Origin: the human T2T-CHM13v2.0 reference genome, Homo sapiens
Assembly: GCF_009914755.1 (NCBI RefSeq)
Contig: NC_060931.1
Direction: 5' to 3' (one strand)
DNA: 64,000 nucleotides
Part shown: positions 45,221-59,269 of the stretch, in pieces
Numbering within the stretch: position 1 is the stretch's first letter
Layout of the letters: every line of letters begins with the position of its first letter
Translations under genes and position numbers: made by a program
Notes under the pieces: model-generated
Database searches by the model: none
Seen by the model: only the letters and a program-made list of their open reading frames with translations
Told to the model about the DNA's origin: nothing

Positions 45221-46086
45221 CTGTATCATTTTTATAATCTGAAAAAAATAGTTGTGGAATTTGGAGGTATTTTTCTAGGTTTTATGATCTTCTCCTGAAT
45301 GTTACTCTTTGTCCAGCCTTATAAATTTTTGGTATTATTATCCAGACAACCATGATCCTACAAGTCTGACAAACCATGCTGTGACTACTTCTAATTGGGA
45401 CTGTTAAATTATCACACTCATGCATTCCTGTGAGGGAAGCCTTTTGCTTCTATGGTGGGTCCTCTGTGGAAGGTGCGTCTGCCGGGGACCTGTGAAGGCT
45501 GGGCAGTGCCCCAGGGAACTGTGAAGGCTGGACAGTGCTCGGCGCTGATCGATGGCAGGGTCAGCTTTTTGAGAGCCCTGTTTGTGTTGTCCCACTCCTG
45601 TTCCTGGAGAAAATCACCTTTACAAAGGCTCAACTGGCAATTTTGGAATTACTTGGGTCATTGTTCTGAATGTGCTATTGGTTTTCAGTAAATAAAGTTC
45701 AAATTAGAAGCTTAGAAATAGTTTAAGGTGTTTGGTTTTTGAGCTCCTAATAGTCTTTCTTCACTATTTTGGCCCTCTTGGTTTCTATTAAGTTGGACCA
45801 TATGTAATTGTCATTTTGTAAGTCAAAAGCAATGGAATAGTGGCAACTGCCTATGGTTCAACCTAATACTTTACATTTTACCTGTAGCAGATTGTGGCTT
45901 TGTTTTGTTGCCTTCTCAACTTTCAAAGAAAGCCTTTTTTTTTATTTTATTTTTTTTTTTCTATTTGAAGGCTGTTTCCCAGACCAGATGTATCTCCAGC
46001 TCTGACACATATGTGCTTGACTGGTCATTCACACTGATGTTTCTAAATCAGCCTTTCATAACATTTTTATTTATTAGTACCTCTTT

Positions 46087-46393
<307 letters not shown>

Positions 46394-47869
46394 TAGTACC
46401 TCTTTAAATGAAAAAATTATTTGATAAAGTCTTGACTGTCTTTCCCACAGTTGTTTGTGACCAGTATTTGCACTGATTCTCGAAACGAGTGAATCTTCCA
46501 CCAGTCCCTAACTGTGATCCTAATCACGTGTAACGTATTTCCCACCCTGCATTGTCCACAGGATTCTTCATTCATCACCTACCACGCATCAAAGTGCCAG
46601 ACACTGGAGTCAGAAATATGATAGCAACTCATGTATGCTGTGTGATCAGTAACTATCTGTTGAATGAATACATGACTGAGTGTAAGTTAATGAACGAATG
46701 AGTAGCATTTGCTTTGGAGGAGCTGTCTGTCTTCAGAAGAGAGAAACTTGTAAGCAGACATTGTCAATTTGGTGTGCAAAGGACAATCATAGATGTGTAT
46801 GCAAAGGGCCATGGGAACACTGCAGAGATGTTAGTTTTTCATATGCACTGTACCCACATTCTGTTTCCCAGTTGCACGGTGAAAATCTATTCTGTCAGAT
46901 TTGTGTTTTGATCACTTAAGGCTTCTGTTACTATCACCTGAACAAATTATGCAGATTTCTCAATCACATTTGACATTTCTGGTTCAATATTATGAACCCG
47001 ATCAGATCCCATTGTTGTGTAACATTTTCTGGATATATGTCTTCGTCACCTATCTCACAGGTTTGTTGTGAGGCGTAAATGAAGATAGTATGTGAATATG
47101 TATAAACCACTATGCAGAAAACATGGAGGTTAAGCTGTCACTCTGGATGATAGTTGTTCATCACTGCCTACAGTAACTGACCTATAAAACAACCACTAGG
47201 AAAAAGAAAAGAAGATATTTTGCTTTTTTTTTTTTTCTGGAAGAAATACAGTAGATACTCAAATTGCCTGCCAATAGAATAGTTTCCTGGACAAGGATGA
47301 ATCTAGAAAGGACATTTAACAGAGATTGACCTTGGTTTTGTTACAGTGACCTGAGAATGTCAGTCAGTAGTCTTGCATAACCACCATATAGTGAAACTTC
47401 TCAAAATCTCCATGGTAACATGCAGAGAACTGTATCATAGAGCACGGTGTATACCCACACGGACTGTGATCCAGGAAGAAAGATCTGTTTCCACCCCCAC
47501 ACACACTTGCTCACGTTCACCTCTCTTCTGCCCCAGCGCCTCAGATACCTGCTTCCTCACTGGTAATTGTGATGATATTTTTCTCTAAAATCTATTTTGT
47601 AACTCATTCTTTCTGATTTTACTCTCAACCCCCTTGGCGCTTACATTGGATGAGATAAAAGTGTCACTGTAGGGCTGTAAACTTTGTTGTGATGAAGACT
47701 CTTGAGACGTAAAATGTATGCTCTAACTGCAGACCTGTGCAGAACGCGAGTTTGATCTTCAAGTGACTTTCGTTCCAGCCTTGATATTCAGATGCAGTGC
47801 ACTAATTTGCCCTTATTGGCATCCTGTTTAATAGATATTCCTAAGCCTTTTTCCAAATAGTTGCATGTT

Positions 47870-48050
47870 TGAGGAAGACTTTATGGCTATCAAAGTGTTT
47901 ACTCATATAATCCAGTTTGATCCTCACCTTGTGAGATCGTCAGGGCCGGTAGGATGGTTGTCATTTTACAGATGAGGAGACATTTTCTGATGGGAATTAG
48001 CCAACCTGTGGCTGAGCTGGAACCAGAACCCAGGCCTGTGTCCTTGTACT
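47870..48050 (-). mobile_element. MIR
   Basis: tttgatcctcac..cattttacagatgagga..gagctggaaccagaacccagg. Confidence 0.7.
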
Positions 48051-48200
48051 CAGGTTGCCACAGCATTCCTCCTGATGTGCCCAGCAGCAGGCTTCTAAAG
48101 GACCTGAGCCCCCTCTGCCAACAGTGTCCCCTCTTAGCTACTGGTGTGATATGTAGCTGTGAGTCCAGGGTGGGTATTCACATATTTTCGATTGACCACC

Positions 48201-48336
48201 AGCTTAAAACTTCCCATGCCACACCACACTGCCCATCTATATATTACTTTGCAATCATTATCATAAGCTTAAAACTTCCCATGCCACACCACACTGCACA
48301 TGTATATATTACTTTGCAATCATTATCATAAGCTTA
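48201..48336. repeat. 65-bp tandem duplication
   Basis: Two copies with 2 mismatches plus a terminal agctta. Confidence 0.97.
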
Positions 48337-50168
48337 GAGACTTTACAGAAAGTCGTCCTTAAAGTGTTGCTAAAAAATATAGGTCAATTACAAAAGGAGA
48401 CATGGTCCTTTTCTTTTTTCTTCTCCCCTAATTATAAACAATAAAAGCCACAGCTTCATGCTGAGAAAGGATCAGCAGGGAATGATGGACATTGTGATTT
48501 GGCAGCTGACATTTTCTAACATGATTTTGTTTTACATAAGTAGTTTGAAGTTTTTGTTGGTTATTGTCTTGCCTTCCTTTCTGACAAAGTAACATTTTTT
48601 TTGCCCATAAAAATCAAGTAGAGCAATGCATTTCCCATGCCGTCGTGTCTCCCATCTTGTAGCAACCAGTAGTGTATAAAATGAAAGTCTTCCCACCTTT
48701 AAGCAAATGTTTGTTTTCCTTATTAAGAAAGAAGTTTCATTTGAAGCTGGAGGTTTTTTTTTCCTAACTTATATTAGTCCATATTTTAATAGTAGTTTCC
48801 TAAAGAAAATATCTCAGCATGAAAAAGCAAGGTGATACTATATTTTAGAAAATGCCCTCATGGCTTAGATTTTAAAACTAATGCTTTTGTTAAGTGTTTT
48901 GGCTTTGAACAAAAAGCCTCCTTGAGAAACGCTATTTCCCATTGCACGGTTTCTTAACTCTCTGGGTTAAAGTTCGTATTTTCTATCTTTTTACATCTGG
49001 CAAATAGACCCAGAGAATGTTTTTGTTTCATCTAACAGTTATTTCTACAGATCTGACCAGGCTGCCTGCACACATCTATATTTTTACACTGACAGCATAA
49101 GTGTATGTTTTGTATTTCATTGTAGCGAAAGCACTTCACGTATGCTTATAGTAGGTTGAAGTATTTTTAGATCAAACGTGAATCCACCATGTTCCGTAAA
49201 CTAAAATATATTTAATCTTAACAGAGTATACTTGGCGGAATGGCTGACTTTAAACATAAGCTTAAACAAAATGATGAGTTCATAATTATTTAATGTAAAC
49301 TGAATAAGGTTGAAGGGCCCTGCAGGGTCGATTTCAAAGTGCTTCAATGATTACAAATTATAGACCGCCTTTCCAGTAAAACACTACTCAGGTGGGAGAC
49401 TAGCTGGCAGCACTATAAAGTACCTAAATGGTTTCAGACTAAAGAATCTGTTAGTTTTGTAGGTTTAACATCCTTGACACTTAATAGGATTTGAGATTCC
49501 ATTGTAGCAGCAGCTTTTATTGCATGACACTTTAATTGAATGCCTTAGAGTAAAATGAAATTAACAAAGGCAGTATTAAATTATGGATGTTCCTTTTTTA
49601 TCATTTGGCTAAGAATTCTGCGGAGTTTCTTTTCTGATTATATTATTTTAAATTGATTGATGTGAAAAAATAAACACACTATCTTTAGGACTAGGTATAC
49701 CATCTGGTCCAAGAAATTGTGAATAAAATGAATACAGAGCTGGAGTTGGCCAACTTGTCTCTCCTACGCTTCAGAAAGCAATTACGTTAGGGCTAGAGTA
49801 GTTTAAAAATGGCCTGCAATAAATCCCCATTCTTGAGTGGATAAGAGCAAGGCAGCTCCGTCTTTTGCATTGTAGCTACCAGAATGACAACGTATTCTGA
49901 GACAGATGGGAGACATCGAACAGTAGTTGATTTTTGTTTGTGAAGTGGTGTGGCAAAGCCAGTAACCTATTTTTTTTAAAAAAAAAAAACAAGGACAAAT
50001 TTAACCAAATCTGACCTGTTTATATTTAAACATCGGTGATTGGAAAACCGTTTTCATATTTGGATATTGACGATCTTTATATTGCTTCTCCTTTTCTCTA
50101 ATACTATTTAAAATAAGAATCTGCAACTAAACTAAAATATTCAAAAAATAATAAAGTTAAGATGATGA

Positions 50169-50479
<311 letters not shown>

Positions 50480-51059
50480 GATGATGAGCATGATGTCAGC
50501 AAGATAGTGGAATCAGAAGCCTCAGTCTCTACTCCCCTGACCCCCACACACCAAAAGGTGAACTTGCAGCTGTCCACAGACTAGAATATCTTTTTGAAAA
50601 TGTCAACACTTGGAAACGAGCCTGAGATACCTGTGTGATCTGCATAATTCAATGAAATCTGAATTAGGAGAGTGAGAAGAATGGTCTCACTCTGACCACA
50701 CTGCCCCTTCCCATCTCCCAAGTTGGCACAGTGCCAGACTGAGAGGATTTCCCTGGACCAACAGTTTCTGCCACAGGGAAAGAGAACCAGAGGCAGTCAT
50801 CTAGTGATGCTAACGTTCCAGGATGCTTCACAAGAAGCCCACTCTGGTCTCACCTCTTAGGAAACACTAGGAGAAACAGCATGGCCACAGTGCCTAGGGT
50901 CAGGTAGAAACAAAGAAAGGAGGCAGAGGTCATGGTTACCAGCACATGGATCTTAGAGGTACCTCTGTGTTTCTGGCAGCTGTGGCTCCCAATAGCAGAT
51001 ACCAGTCAACTTCATAACCCACATTTAAAGCTAAGCTGGTTGCCTTCATTAACGTGGTA

Positions 51060-51600
51060 GGAATTTCTACCTAGCCTGAGTTCCTAGAATGCTATTCTCC
51101 CTGGCTAGCTTCAGAGCCCACCCAACAAGCCTGCACAGGCAGGAAGACATTCACCTCCTCCCATTTCAGGGAAGCAAAGGGGCTAGATCAGCTTGACCCA
51201 GAAAGTCGAGCTGTGGCTCCACCTAGCTAGAAAGCCCACCCAACCACCCTGTGCAGGCAGAGACTCCCACCTCCTGGCATTTTGGATAAATGCAGGGGCT
51301 AGTCTTGCTTGATCTAGAAAGTCAAGCAGCAGCACTACTCAGCCAAAAAGCCTGCCCAATGACCCCACCCTAGCCAGGAGACTCCCAGCTCCACAGATTT
51401 CAGAGAAATGAAGGGGTTAGATCAGCTTTACCTAGGAAGGCAAGCAGTAGTTCCACTCAGCCCAAAAGCCCACCCAGTGACCCGACGTAAGCAGGGAGAC
51501 TCCCACCTTCATGGATTTCAGAAAAGCATAGAGGCTAGACCTGCCTGACCAGGAGGTCAAACAGTCACTCAACTCAGTCAAAAGCCCACCTCATAGCTCC
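51060..51600 (+). repeat. About 4-5 diverged ~118-bp tandem units in the L1 5'UTR
   Basis: Recurring gagactcccacct..atttcag..ggggctag..cttgacc.agaaagtcaagc..actcagc..aaaagcccacc. Confidence 0.75.
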
Positions 51601-52568
51601 ACCCTGACAGGGAGGAAATCCTGAATCATGAATTTCCTAAGGAACATAGCCTCTGGTCTGCTTGTCCCAAGCAATGACTTTGCTAACCTCAGAGAACAGC
51701 CTATAGCCCTGCCCAACTGTAGATCTCAATAGTGGCCAAGGAATACATCCTGTAACTGGCCTGACCAGAAGTCATTGCAGTACTTAGCCAGCAATCTCAT
51801 CAAACAGGGAAGCCAGGCCCACAACCCCACCTGACATCAGAGCAAAAGCAGCAGCCCAACTAAGTTGTGAACTCTCATGAAGCTCTGCCTGCCCAGGATT
51901 ATCACCAGATGGCCCTTCCAGAATCACAGTCTAGATTAGATAGTGGAAATCTATTCCTGTCAAAGAACACCTGTAAAGGCCAGAAAAGGGGACTGTCTTC
52001 TCAAATGTGCAGATAACACAAGGATTACAATGACTCAAGGGAATCATGACACCTGCAAAGAAAACTAATAAAGCTTCAATAGTAGACCCCAAAGAAATGG
52101 AGATCTGTAAAACTGTTGACAAAGAATTCAGAATAGTACTCATAAAGAAGTTCAGTGAACTACAAGAATCTATGGATAGAAAATTGAATAAAATTTGGAA
52201 AACAGTACACAAAGAAAGCAAGAAATTTGACCAAAAATAGAAACAATAAAAAAAAACAAATCTTAGAGATGAAAAATACAGTGGCTGAGTTGAAAAATTC
52301 AATAGAAAGCTTCAGCAGAAGACACTGTCGAGCAGAAGAAAGAATTAGTGATCTGGAAGACAGAACATTTGAAATAATCCAGAAGAGCAAAAAGATAAAA
52401 GAATGATAAAGAATGAAGAAAGCCTATGAGAGTTATGAACACTGTCAAGAGATGACACCTTTGTATAATGTGAATTAAGGACAGCAGAGAGAAAAAAGCA
52501 CCAGAAACTATATTTAAAGAAATAATAGCTGAAAACTTTTCTAATATAGGAACAGATGCCAATACCCA

Positions 52569-52968
52569 TGTTTTAGGCTGTTGTTGCATTGCTGTAAAGG
52601 AATACCCAAGACTGGGTAATTTATGAGGAAAAGATGTTTCATGGGCTCATGGTTCTGCAGACAGTACAGGAAGCATGGTGCCAGCATGTGCTTCTGGTGA
52701 GGGCCTCAGGAAGCTTACAATCCTGGCAGAAGGCAAAGGGGAAGCACTTGTCTCACATCGCTAGAGCAGGAACAAGAGGTGATGGGAAAAGGTCTCCAAC
52801 TCCTTCTAACAACCAGATCTTGTGTGAACTCATTACCATGGGGAGAGCAGCAAGCCACTCATGAGGGATCTGTCCCCATGACCCACACACCTCCCATCAG
52901 GCCTCACCTCCAAGAACGTGGATCACAGTTTACCGTGAGATTGAGAGGATAAATGTGAAATCATATCA
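52569..52968 (-). mobile_element. MSTA/MSTB MaLR solo LTR inserted in L1 ORF1
   Basis: TG..CA ends; perfect 5-bp TSD accca at 52564-52568 and 52969-52973. Confidence 0.9.
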
Positions 52969-53195
52969 ACCCAAGTACAGGAAGCAGAGTTCTCCAATCA
53001 AATTCAACCCATAGAAGAGTTTACCAAGGCACATAGTAATACAATTATCAAAAATCAAAGACAAAAATTCCGAGAGCAGCAAGAGATAAGAAACACTTCG
53101 TATACAAAGGAGTACCAATACTACCATCAGTGGATTTCTCAGCAGAAGCCATGCAGACACTGAAAGAACAAGATGGTATATTCAAAGTGCTGAAT

Positions 53196-53370
53196 TTATA
53201 TTTATATTTTACAATAAAGTGTTGAATATGTAACGCAAGGGTATCATACTGCATATTAGTAGTTGAGAAAAATATTAAAATTCAAAATTTGAATTTAATA
53301 TGTATTGCTTTTGCATTATTGTAAAGTTGAAAAATTCTAAGTTGAACTTTTATAAGTCAGGAATTGTCTG
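53196..53370. mobile_element. Tigger4 (Zombi)-like terminal fragment
   Basis: attgtaaagttgaaaaattctaagttgaac..taagtcaggaattgtctg followed by TA. Confidence 0.7.
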
Positions 53371-54579
53371 TACTTCCAAAAATCTTTTTACAAAGCCAAC
53401 ATTACCTTGGTACCAAAGCCAAACAAGAACATTATAAGAAAGAGAGTTAAAGGTCAGTGTTCTTGATGAACATAGATGCAGATTTCTCAACAAAATACTA
53501 ACAAACTGAATTCAACAACACATTAAAGGGATCATTCATCATGATCAAGTGGGATTTATTCTTCGATACAAGGATGGTTCACCATACACAAATCAATAAA
53601 TGTGATATATCACATTAATGGAATGAAGGACAAAAGCCATGTGCTCATTTTGTTAGATGCCGAAAAAGCATTTGACAAAAATTCATCTTTTTATAAAAAT
53701 TCTCGGCAAATTAGTTGTAGAAGGAGTGGACTTCAACACAACAAAGGCCGTGTGAGAGAATCCCACAATTAAAATTATACTCAGTGGTGAAAAATTGAAA
53801 GCCTTTCCTCTGACATAGACAAACATGCCTATTCTTGCCACTTATATTTAACATAGCATTGGAAGTCCTCACCAGAGTAGTTAGGCAAGAAAAATAAATA
53901 GAAGGCATCGTAATAGGAAAGGAAGAGCTGAAGTTGTCACTGTTTGCTGATAACATGATCTTATATATATAGAAAATGCTACAGACCCCACCAAAAAAAA
54001 AAAACCCTGTTGGAACTAATAAACGAATATATTACAGTTGCAGGATACAAAATCAACACACAAAAATCAGTGGCATTTCTATATGCAAACAATGAACTAT
54101 CTAAAAGGTTATCAAGGGAACAATTTCATTTACAACAGCTACGAAAATTACTTAGGAATAAGTTCAAACAAAGGAGTGAAGACCTTTACACTGAAAACTA
54201 GAAAATGTTGATAAAAAAGTTGAAGATACAAATAAATGGAAAAATATTTTATGTTGATGGATTGGAAGAATTAATATTGTTAAATGGCCATACTACCAAA
54301 ACCAACCCTACCAATTCAGTGCAGTTCTTATCAAAACTACATCATTTTTCATAGGAATAGAAGAAACAATTCTAAAATTTATGTAGAAACAAAAATACCC
54401 CCAAATAGCCAAGGCAATCATGAGCAAAAGAATAAAGCTGAAGGCATCACACTACCTGGTTTCAAACTATACTACAGAGCTATAGTAATTAAAACAGCAT
54501 GGGACTGGCTGAAACAGATCAACAGATGAAACAGACTAGAGACCCCAGAAATGAACCCATGCATATGATTTAAATTTAT

Positions 54580-54735
54580 TTTCTTTTTCTTTTTTCTTTT
54601 CTTTGTTTTTTTTTTTTGGTTAGAGAAAGGGTCTCCCTATATTGCCCAGGCTAGTCTCAAACTCCTGGCCTGAAATGACTCATCCCTGAGCCTGTCAAAG
54701 TGTTGGTATTACAGGCATGACCCCCATGCCTGGCC
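54580..54735 (-). mobile_element. FLAM/AluJ left monomer
   Basis: gggtctccctatattgcccaggctagtctcaaactcctgg..catgcctggcc with T tail. Confidence 0.85.
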
Positions 54736-57663
54736 TATTCAACTGATTTTCAACAAAGATATTATGCCAAGAATATGCAATAAGAAAAGGATATCCCCTT
54801 CAATAAATGACTTTGGGAAAAGTAGATATCCATACACAAAAGAATGAAGTTAGATTCTTACTTCACACCATATATTAATATAAAAATCAACTCAAAATGG
54901 ATTAAAGTCTTAAATATAAGATGAGAAACTATAAAACTAATCTACAGAGTAAGAAAAAATATTTAGAAACCATACTTTGGATAAGGGGTTAATATCCAAA
55001 ATATATAAGAAGCTCAAACAACTCAATAGAAAGAATACAAAAAATTCTAATTAAAAAAATGGACAAGGGACTGGAATAGACATTTCTCAAAAGAAGACAT
55101 ACAAATGGCTGACAGATACATGAAGAAATGGTCACATCAGAAATCACTAAGGAAATGCAAATTGAAATCACAATGAGAAACTACATCTCACACCTGTCAG
55201 AATAGCTGTTTTCAAAAAGACAATATAACATGTGTTGGCCAGGATGTGAAGGAAAGGGAACCCTGTTGGTGGAAATGTAAATTAGTGCAGCCATTGTGGA
55301 AAACTATGTGGAGATTCCTCAAAAAAAATGAGAAATAGAACTGCCATATGATCTGGCAATCCCACCTCTGGGCATTTACCGAAAAGATTTGAAATCAGTG
55401 TGTTGAAGACGTGTGCACACCAATGTTTACTGCAGCATTATTCACAGTAGCTGAGCTGTGGAATCAGCCTAAGAGTCCATCAGCAGATAACTGGGTAAAG
55501 AAAACGTGGTACTTACACGTAATGGAATACTATTCATCCTTAAAAATGAAGGAAATGCTTTCATTTGCAGCAGCATGGATGGAATCAGAGAGCGTTATCC
55601 TCAGTGAAAGAAGCCAGGCACAGAAAGACAAATATCACACAATCTCACTCATCTGTGAATCTGAAACAATAACTCATAGCAGCAGAGAGTAAAATAATGG
55701 TTATCGAGGCTGGAGGGTGGGGGGAATAGGGAGGTGATGGTCCAAGAGTTAAAAGATCTCAGGCAAGAGGAATTTTTTTTTTAGTTTTGTTGCTGAGCAT
55801 GGTGAATATAGTTAATAATAGAGAATTGTACACTTCAAAGTGTCTGAGAGTAAATTTTAAAAGTTCTCACCATAAGAATCATTAAATATGTGAGCTGATG
55901 GATATGTTAACGAGATTGATTTAATTATTCCACATTTTATTAATCAATCATAACATTACTTTGTACCCCATACATTTATGCAATTGTGAATTGTCAATTT
56001 ACAATTAAAAAGTATTTTCAAAGATTTTAAAAAGTGGAGGCTGGACTGCTTAGGACATGTGAAAACAGAAGACAAAATATAAGAAAACATTACAAATTAA
56101 ATAATTATTTTCTTAACAGACTATTGGTGTAAATGCTTTATAAGTAACTGTCTACTGGATGGAAAGGGGGAAGAAATTTGAACATATCTGGTAAATTACT
56201 TAGTAAATTTAGGCATTTATTTAAAAAAAAATACACTTGCTCATGATTATAAGACTTCTGAGCTCAGATTGTGAGTGTGAGGAAAGAGGAGACAGCCTCT
56301 TAAAAAGGTCCCAAGCATGACAGATGCAGATCTTGGTTGAGAGTTGTTGCTTCTGCTGTCAGTCACATCATCATCCTGTTAAATGTGAATTTATCTTTTT
56401 TCCCCTATGCAAAATAGTGAGAGAAATATTCCTTGAGGAAATGTGGTCTTTATTTCAAATTAACAGTTTTAGCGATTGCTTGCTTTTATTAGGTCATGCA
56501 TCTTGTTTTCTGGATTTGTCATATAATGCAGTTGTGCTCGTGTAGGTAACACAAATGTGGTCTCTTTGAACATAGAAGCTGGGATTGCAGTGAAATAGAG
56601 AGAGCGAAAGTGCTCTCCTTAAGTCCTCCTTGTTTGTTCTCTTTCTTTTGGGTTCTGTCTGTTAATTTATCTCTTTTACTCTTTCCCTTCTTCCTTCCAT
56701 CCTTGTCAAAAGCATTTATGTACTGGACAGAAGCATGTCTTGGATGACTTAAAGTGCAGCCCTGTTTTGTAGTTATTATCTTCCTGCATAATAAGTAATC
56801 TCTGTTTTCCACTTGTTGCAGAGTTAAACACAGCTTTCTAGTGAATCCTCACCCTAGAGTAGAGGAATACGTGATATTAATTGAAATAGACTTCCTACAG
56901 GGCATTTTGTAGCTTTTCTCCTCTTTCTCACTTAAAAAACATACCAGATAGTTTTGTGTTCAGGACCTTAAATCCTAGCCTAGCAACGGTCATACATTGT
57001 GAAACAAATAATGAGAGAGAAGGTTATAGTTAATACTCTTATAAGCCTCTCCATGTACAAGAATACAGACAAAAATGCAAAGAACAGCACTGGATGTCTT
57101 CTGATTAATCAAATTATTTCTGTGTCTCAGTGAATGGACTGAAATACAGTACAGCCTATTTGCCTTAATACCGATGAATTTTTATACAGTGAGTACGTTC
57201 TCTGGTCTTTTTCTCGCTGATGAAATGGATGTTTGTGTTAGGGCTAGAGGGAGAAAAGAGGCGTGATTTAACTGTTACCTGTGCCTGTGCTTTACAGTTT
57301 TCCTTTTTAAAACAAGTTTTGAGGAATACACCTCGGTAGTACTACTGTACAGCTGGCACCCTACAACTCCCTTTGGCTCCTGCAGCTCCCCCACACCCCC
57401 ACCAACACACTAATCCATATAAAAGTCATATTACTGGAGCTCCACCTCATCTTTTTCAGATATCAAAGCAAATAGAAGAAATAGAGTATAAACATTGTTC
57501 TCTTACTCTGACAAGCAGAATTGATAGACATCTTTCCCCATACACTTTAGTGGTGGTTGACATAAACATTGTTTTTGTTTTCAGGTTGGAAATAGGAAAT
57601 GAGACTTGACAATATATTCGTGTCACTAAAATTCTTTATTCCAGAAAAGACTTAGTATTGAAA

Positions 57664-57664
<1 letters not shown>

Positions 57665-57705
<41 letters not shown>
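57665..57705. repeat. (CA)~20 microsatellite
   Basis: Direct reading. Confidence 0.97.
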
Positions 57706-57707
<2 letters not shown>

Positions 57708-59083
57708 CCATACAGAAAACTTTTCTCAGTGGACTATTGCCGTTAGTCTTTCTCCTTTTTCCCACCTAATTACCTGACATTGTTTGAAAGATAATTATAA
57801 TTGACAAAATTATTTTTTCTATACATAAGCATCTAAACTCTGATTAACTCAGGAAAACACAAAGAAAATAGTTACTTCATTTGCAGAAAAGCAAAGGTGA
57901 CAGAGCGTAGCAACATGATGCAGCTGATCACACTGGAGCCTTGTGCACACGCTGTGTTCCTCCCATTTGAGCTTACCCTAGAGATGAACCTGTGTAAAAA
58001 GAGGTAAATACCAACAGGAACTGAGAGCAATTCTAGAAAAACTAATGGCATTGGTTAAAAAAAAAATCCCTTCTCCTCAATTTCTGTGTCTAAGTGATTC
58101 CTAAAGTACCATTTTATAAATACGAAGTATCATTCCTCTGGAAGACCATTCCTTTTTGTTTTTTTCAGCTGGCCCGAGCCCTACCTGTCCTTTCCTTATA
58201 AAATACTGGCCAGGTCATCAGAAAACAGTTAACTCAGAGATGCTCTCTAAAAAACTCTCTGAAGTTGACCTGCATGGCAGAAGTGTAGCAAGTCAACTCT
58301 CTCTGCTGTCCCTCACCTGTTCTGTAGCTTTGTGAAGTCCTGCATGAAAGCATTTCAACATAAGACGTGGTTTCATTGGGGCCCTTCTACCTCAGGACCG
58401 CTGGAGTTTGTATGGCTGTCAGTGTCACATGCGGTTGCACAGAAGCCACTCTCAGAAGTCTGAAGAGAAAGGAACTGAATAGGAGAGTTAGTTTCTTAGA
58501 GAGCCCGTGGGAGGACCGGAGGGCAGGCTCTTGGAAGTGACTCTGAGAATCATGCCAAACAGCTCGTGTGCTCCGGGGAGTGGACAGTCTCAAAGCTGCA
58601 GCCCCACCTCCCGGCCCGGGACCTCACTCCTTCTGCTTCGATTGAAGCAGGAAGCCACTCTGCACTCACTGGCTCTGGGAGAGAGTGCTCGGGCACCAGC
58701 TTCTTCAGCAGTGTCCCCGCCTCTCAACAGTCATGGGTGGCTACTGCTGCCGGACACCAGACACCTTCATACGCACGCTTGTCAGAACAGCAGAAACCTG
58801 GTCTCACCTTGTGTCTCCCTCCATCGCCCATAACAGGGTGTGCGGTCAGTGTGTGAAACTCCACAAGGAGTTTGAGAAATGCAGTCTCGTGCTTTCTAGC
58901 TTCTGCCAGGCCGGAGAGTCTGTGCAGAGGGGATAAGGTGGGGTAGAACAAGTCTGTCTGTGATATCTACCACCCAGTCTGCATTTGAAGTGGAATTATC
59001 TCCCGAAGGCAAAGAAATCACATGTCCTATTAGAATTCTGCATGCTGTGTGATTCTGATGCCATGATTCCTATACCTTTTGGT

Positions 59084-59269
59084 CAGGGGTGTCCAATCTT
59101 TTGGCTTCCCTGGGCCACGTTGGAAAAAGAATTGTCTTGGGCCCCACATAAAATATACTAACACTACCGATGGCTGATGTGCTAGGAAAAAAATCTCATA
59201 ATGTTTTAAGTAAGTTTATGAATTTGTGTTGGGCTGTGTTCAAAGCAGTCCGCGGGTTGGGCAAGCTTG
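59084..59269 (+). mobile_element. MER30 (hAT-Charlie MITE)
   Basis: caggggtgtccaatcttttggcttccctgggccac...gggttgggcaagcttg; 8-bp TSD cttttggt / ctttaagt. Confidence 0.92.

Larger units (their letters stand above)
50490..56012 (+). mobile_element. L1MA-type LINE-1 with 5'UTR, partial ORF1, partial ORF2 and 3'UTR; internally deleted and interrupted
   Basis: gatgtcagcaagatagtggaa start; ORF1-like DPKEMEI..KEFRIVLIKKFSELQE; ORF2-like [23 protein letters not shown] and CTPMFTAALFTVA; 3' end ttgtcaatttacaattaaaaa; many stops and frameshifts. Confidence 0.88.

Noticed and set aside
51931-55692. ORF1/ORF2-like ORFs as an active L1 or RT gene
   Set aside because: Many stops and frameshifts, a large deletion and three nested insertions.
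58507-58951. ORF cluster as a coding exon
   Set aside because: No recognisable homology, mostly non-ATG starts and no convincing flanking splice pair; kept only as a regulatory candidate.
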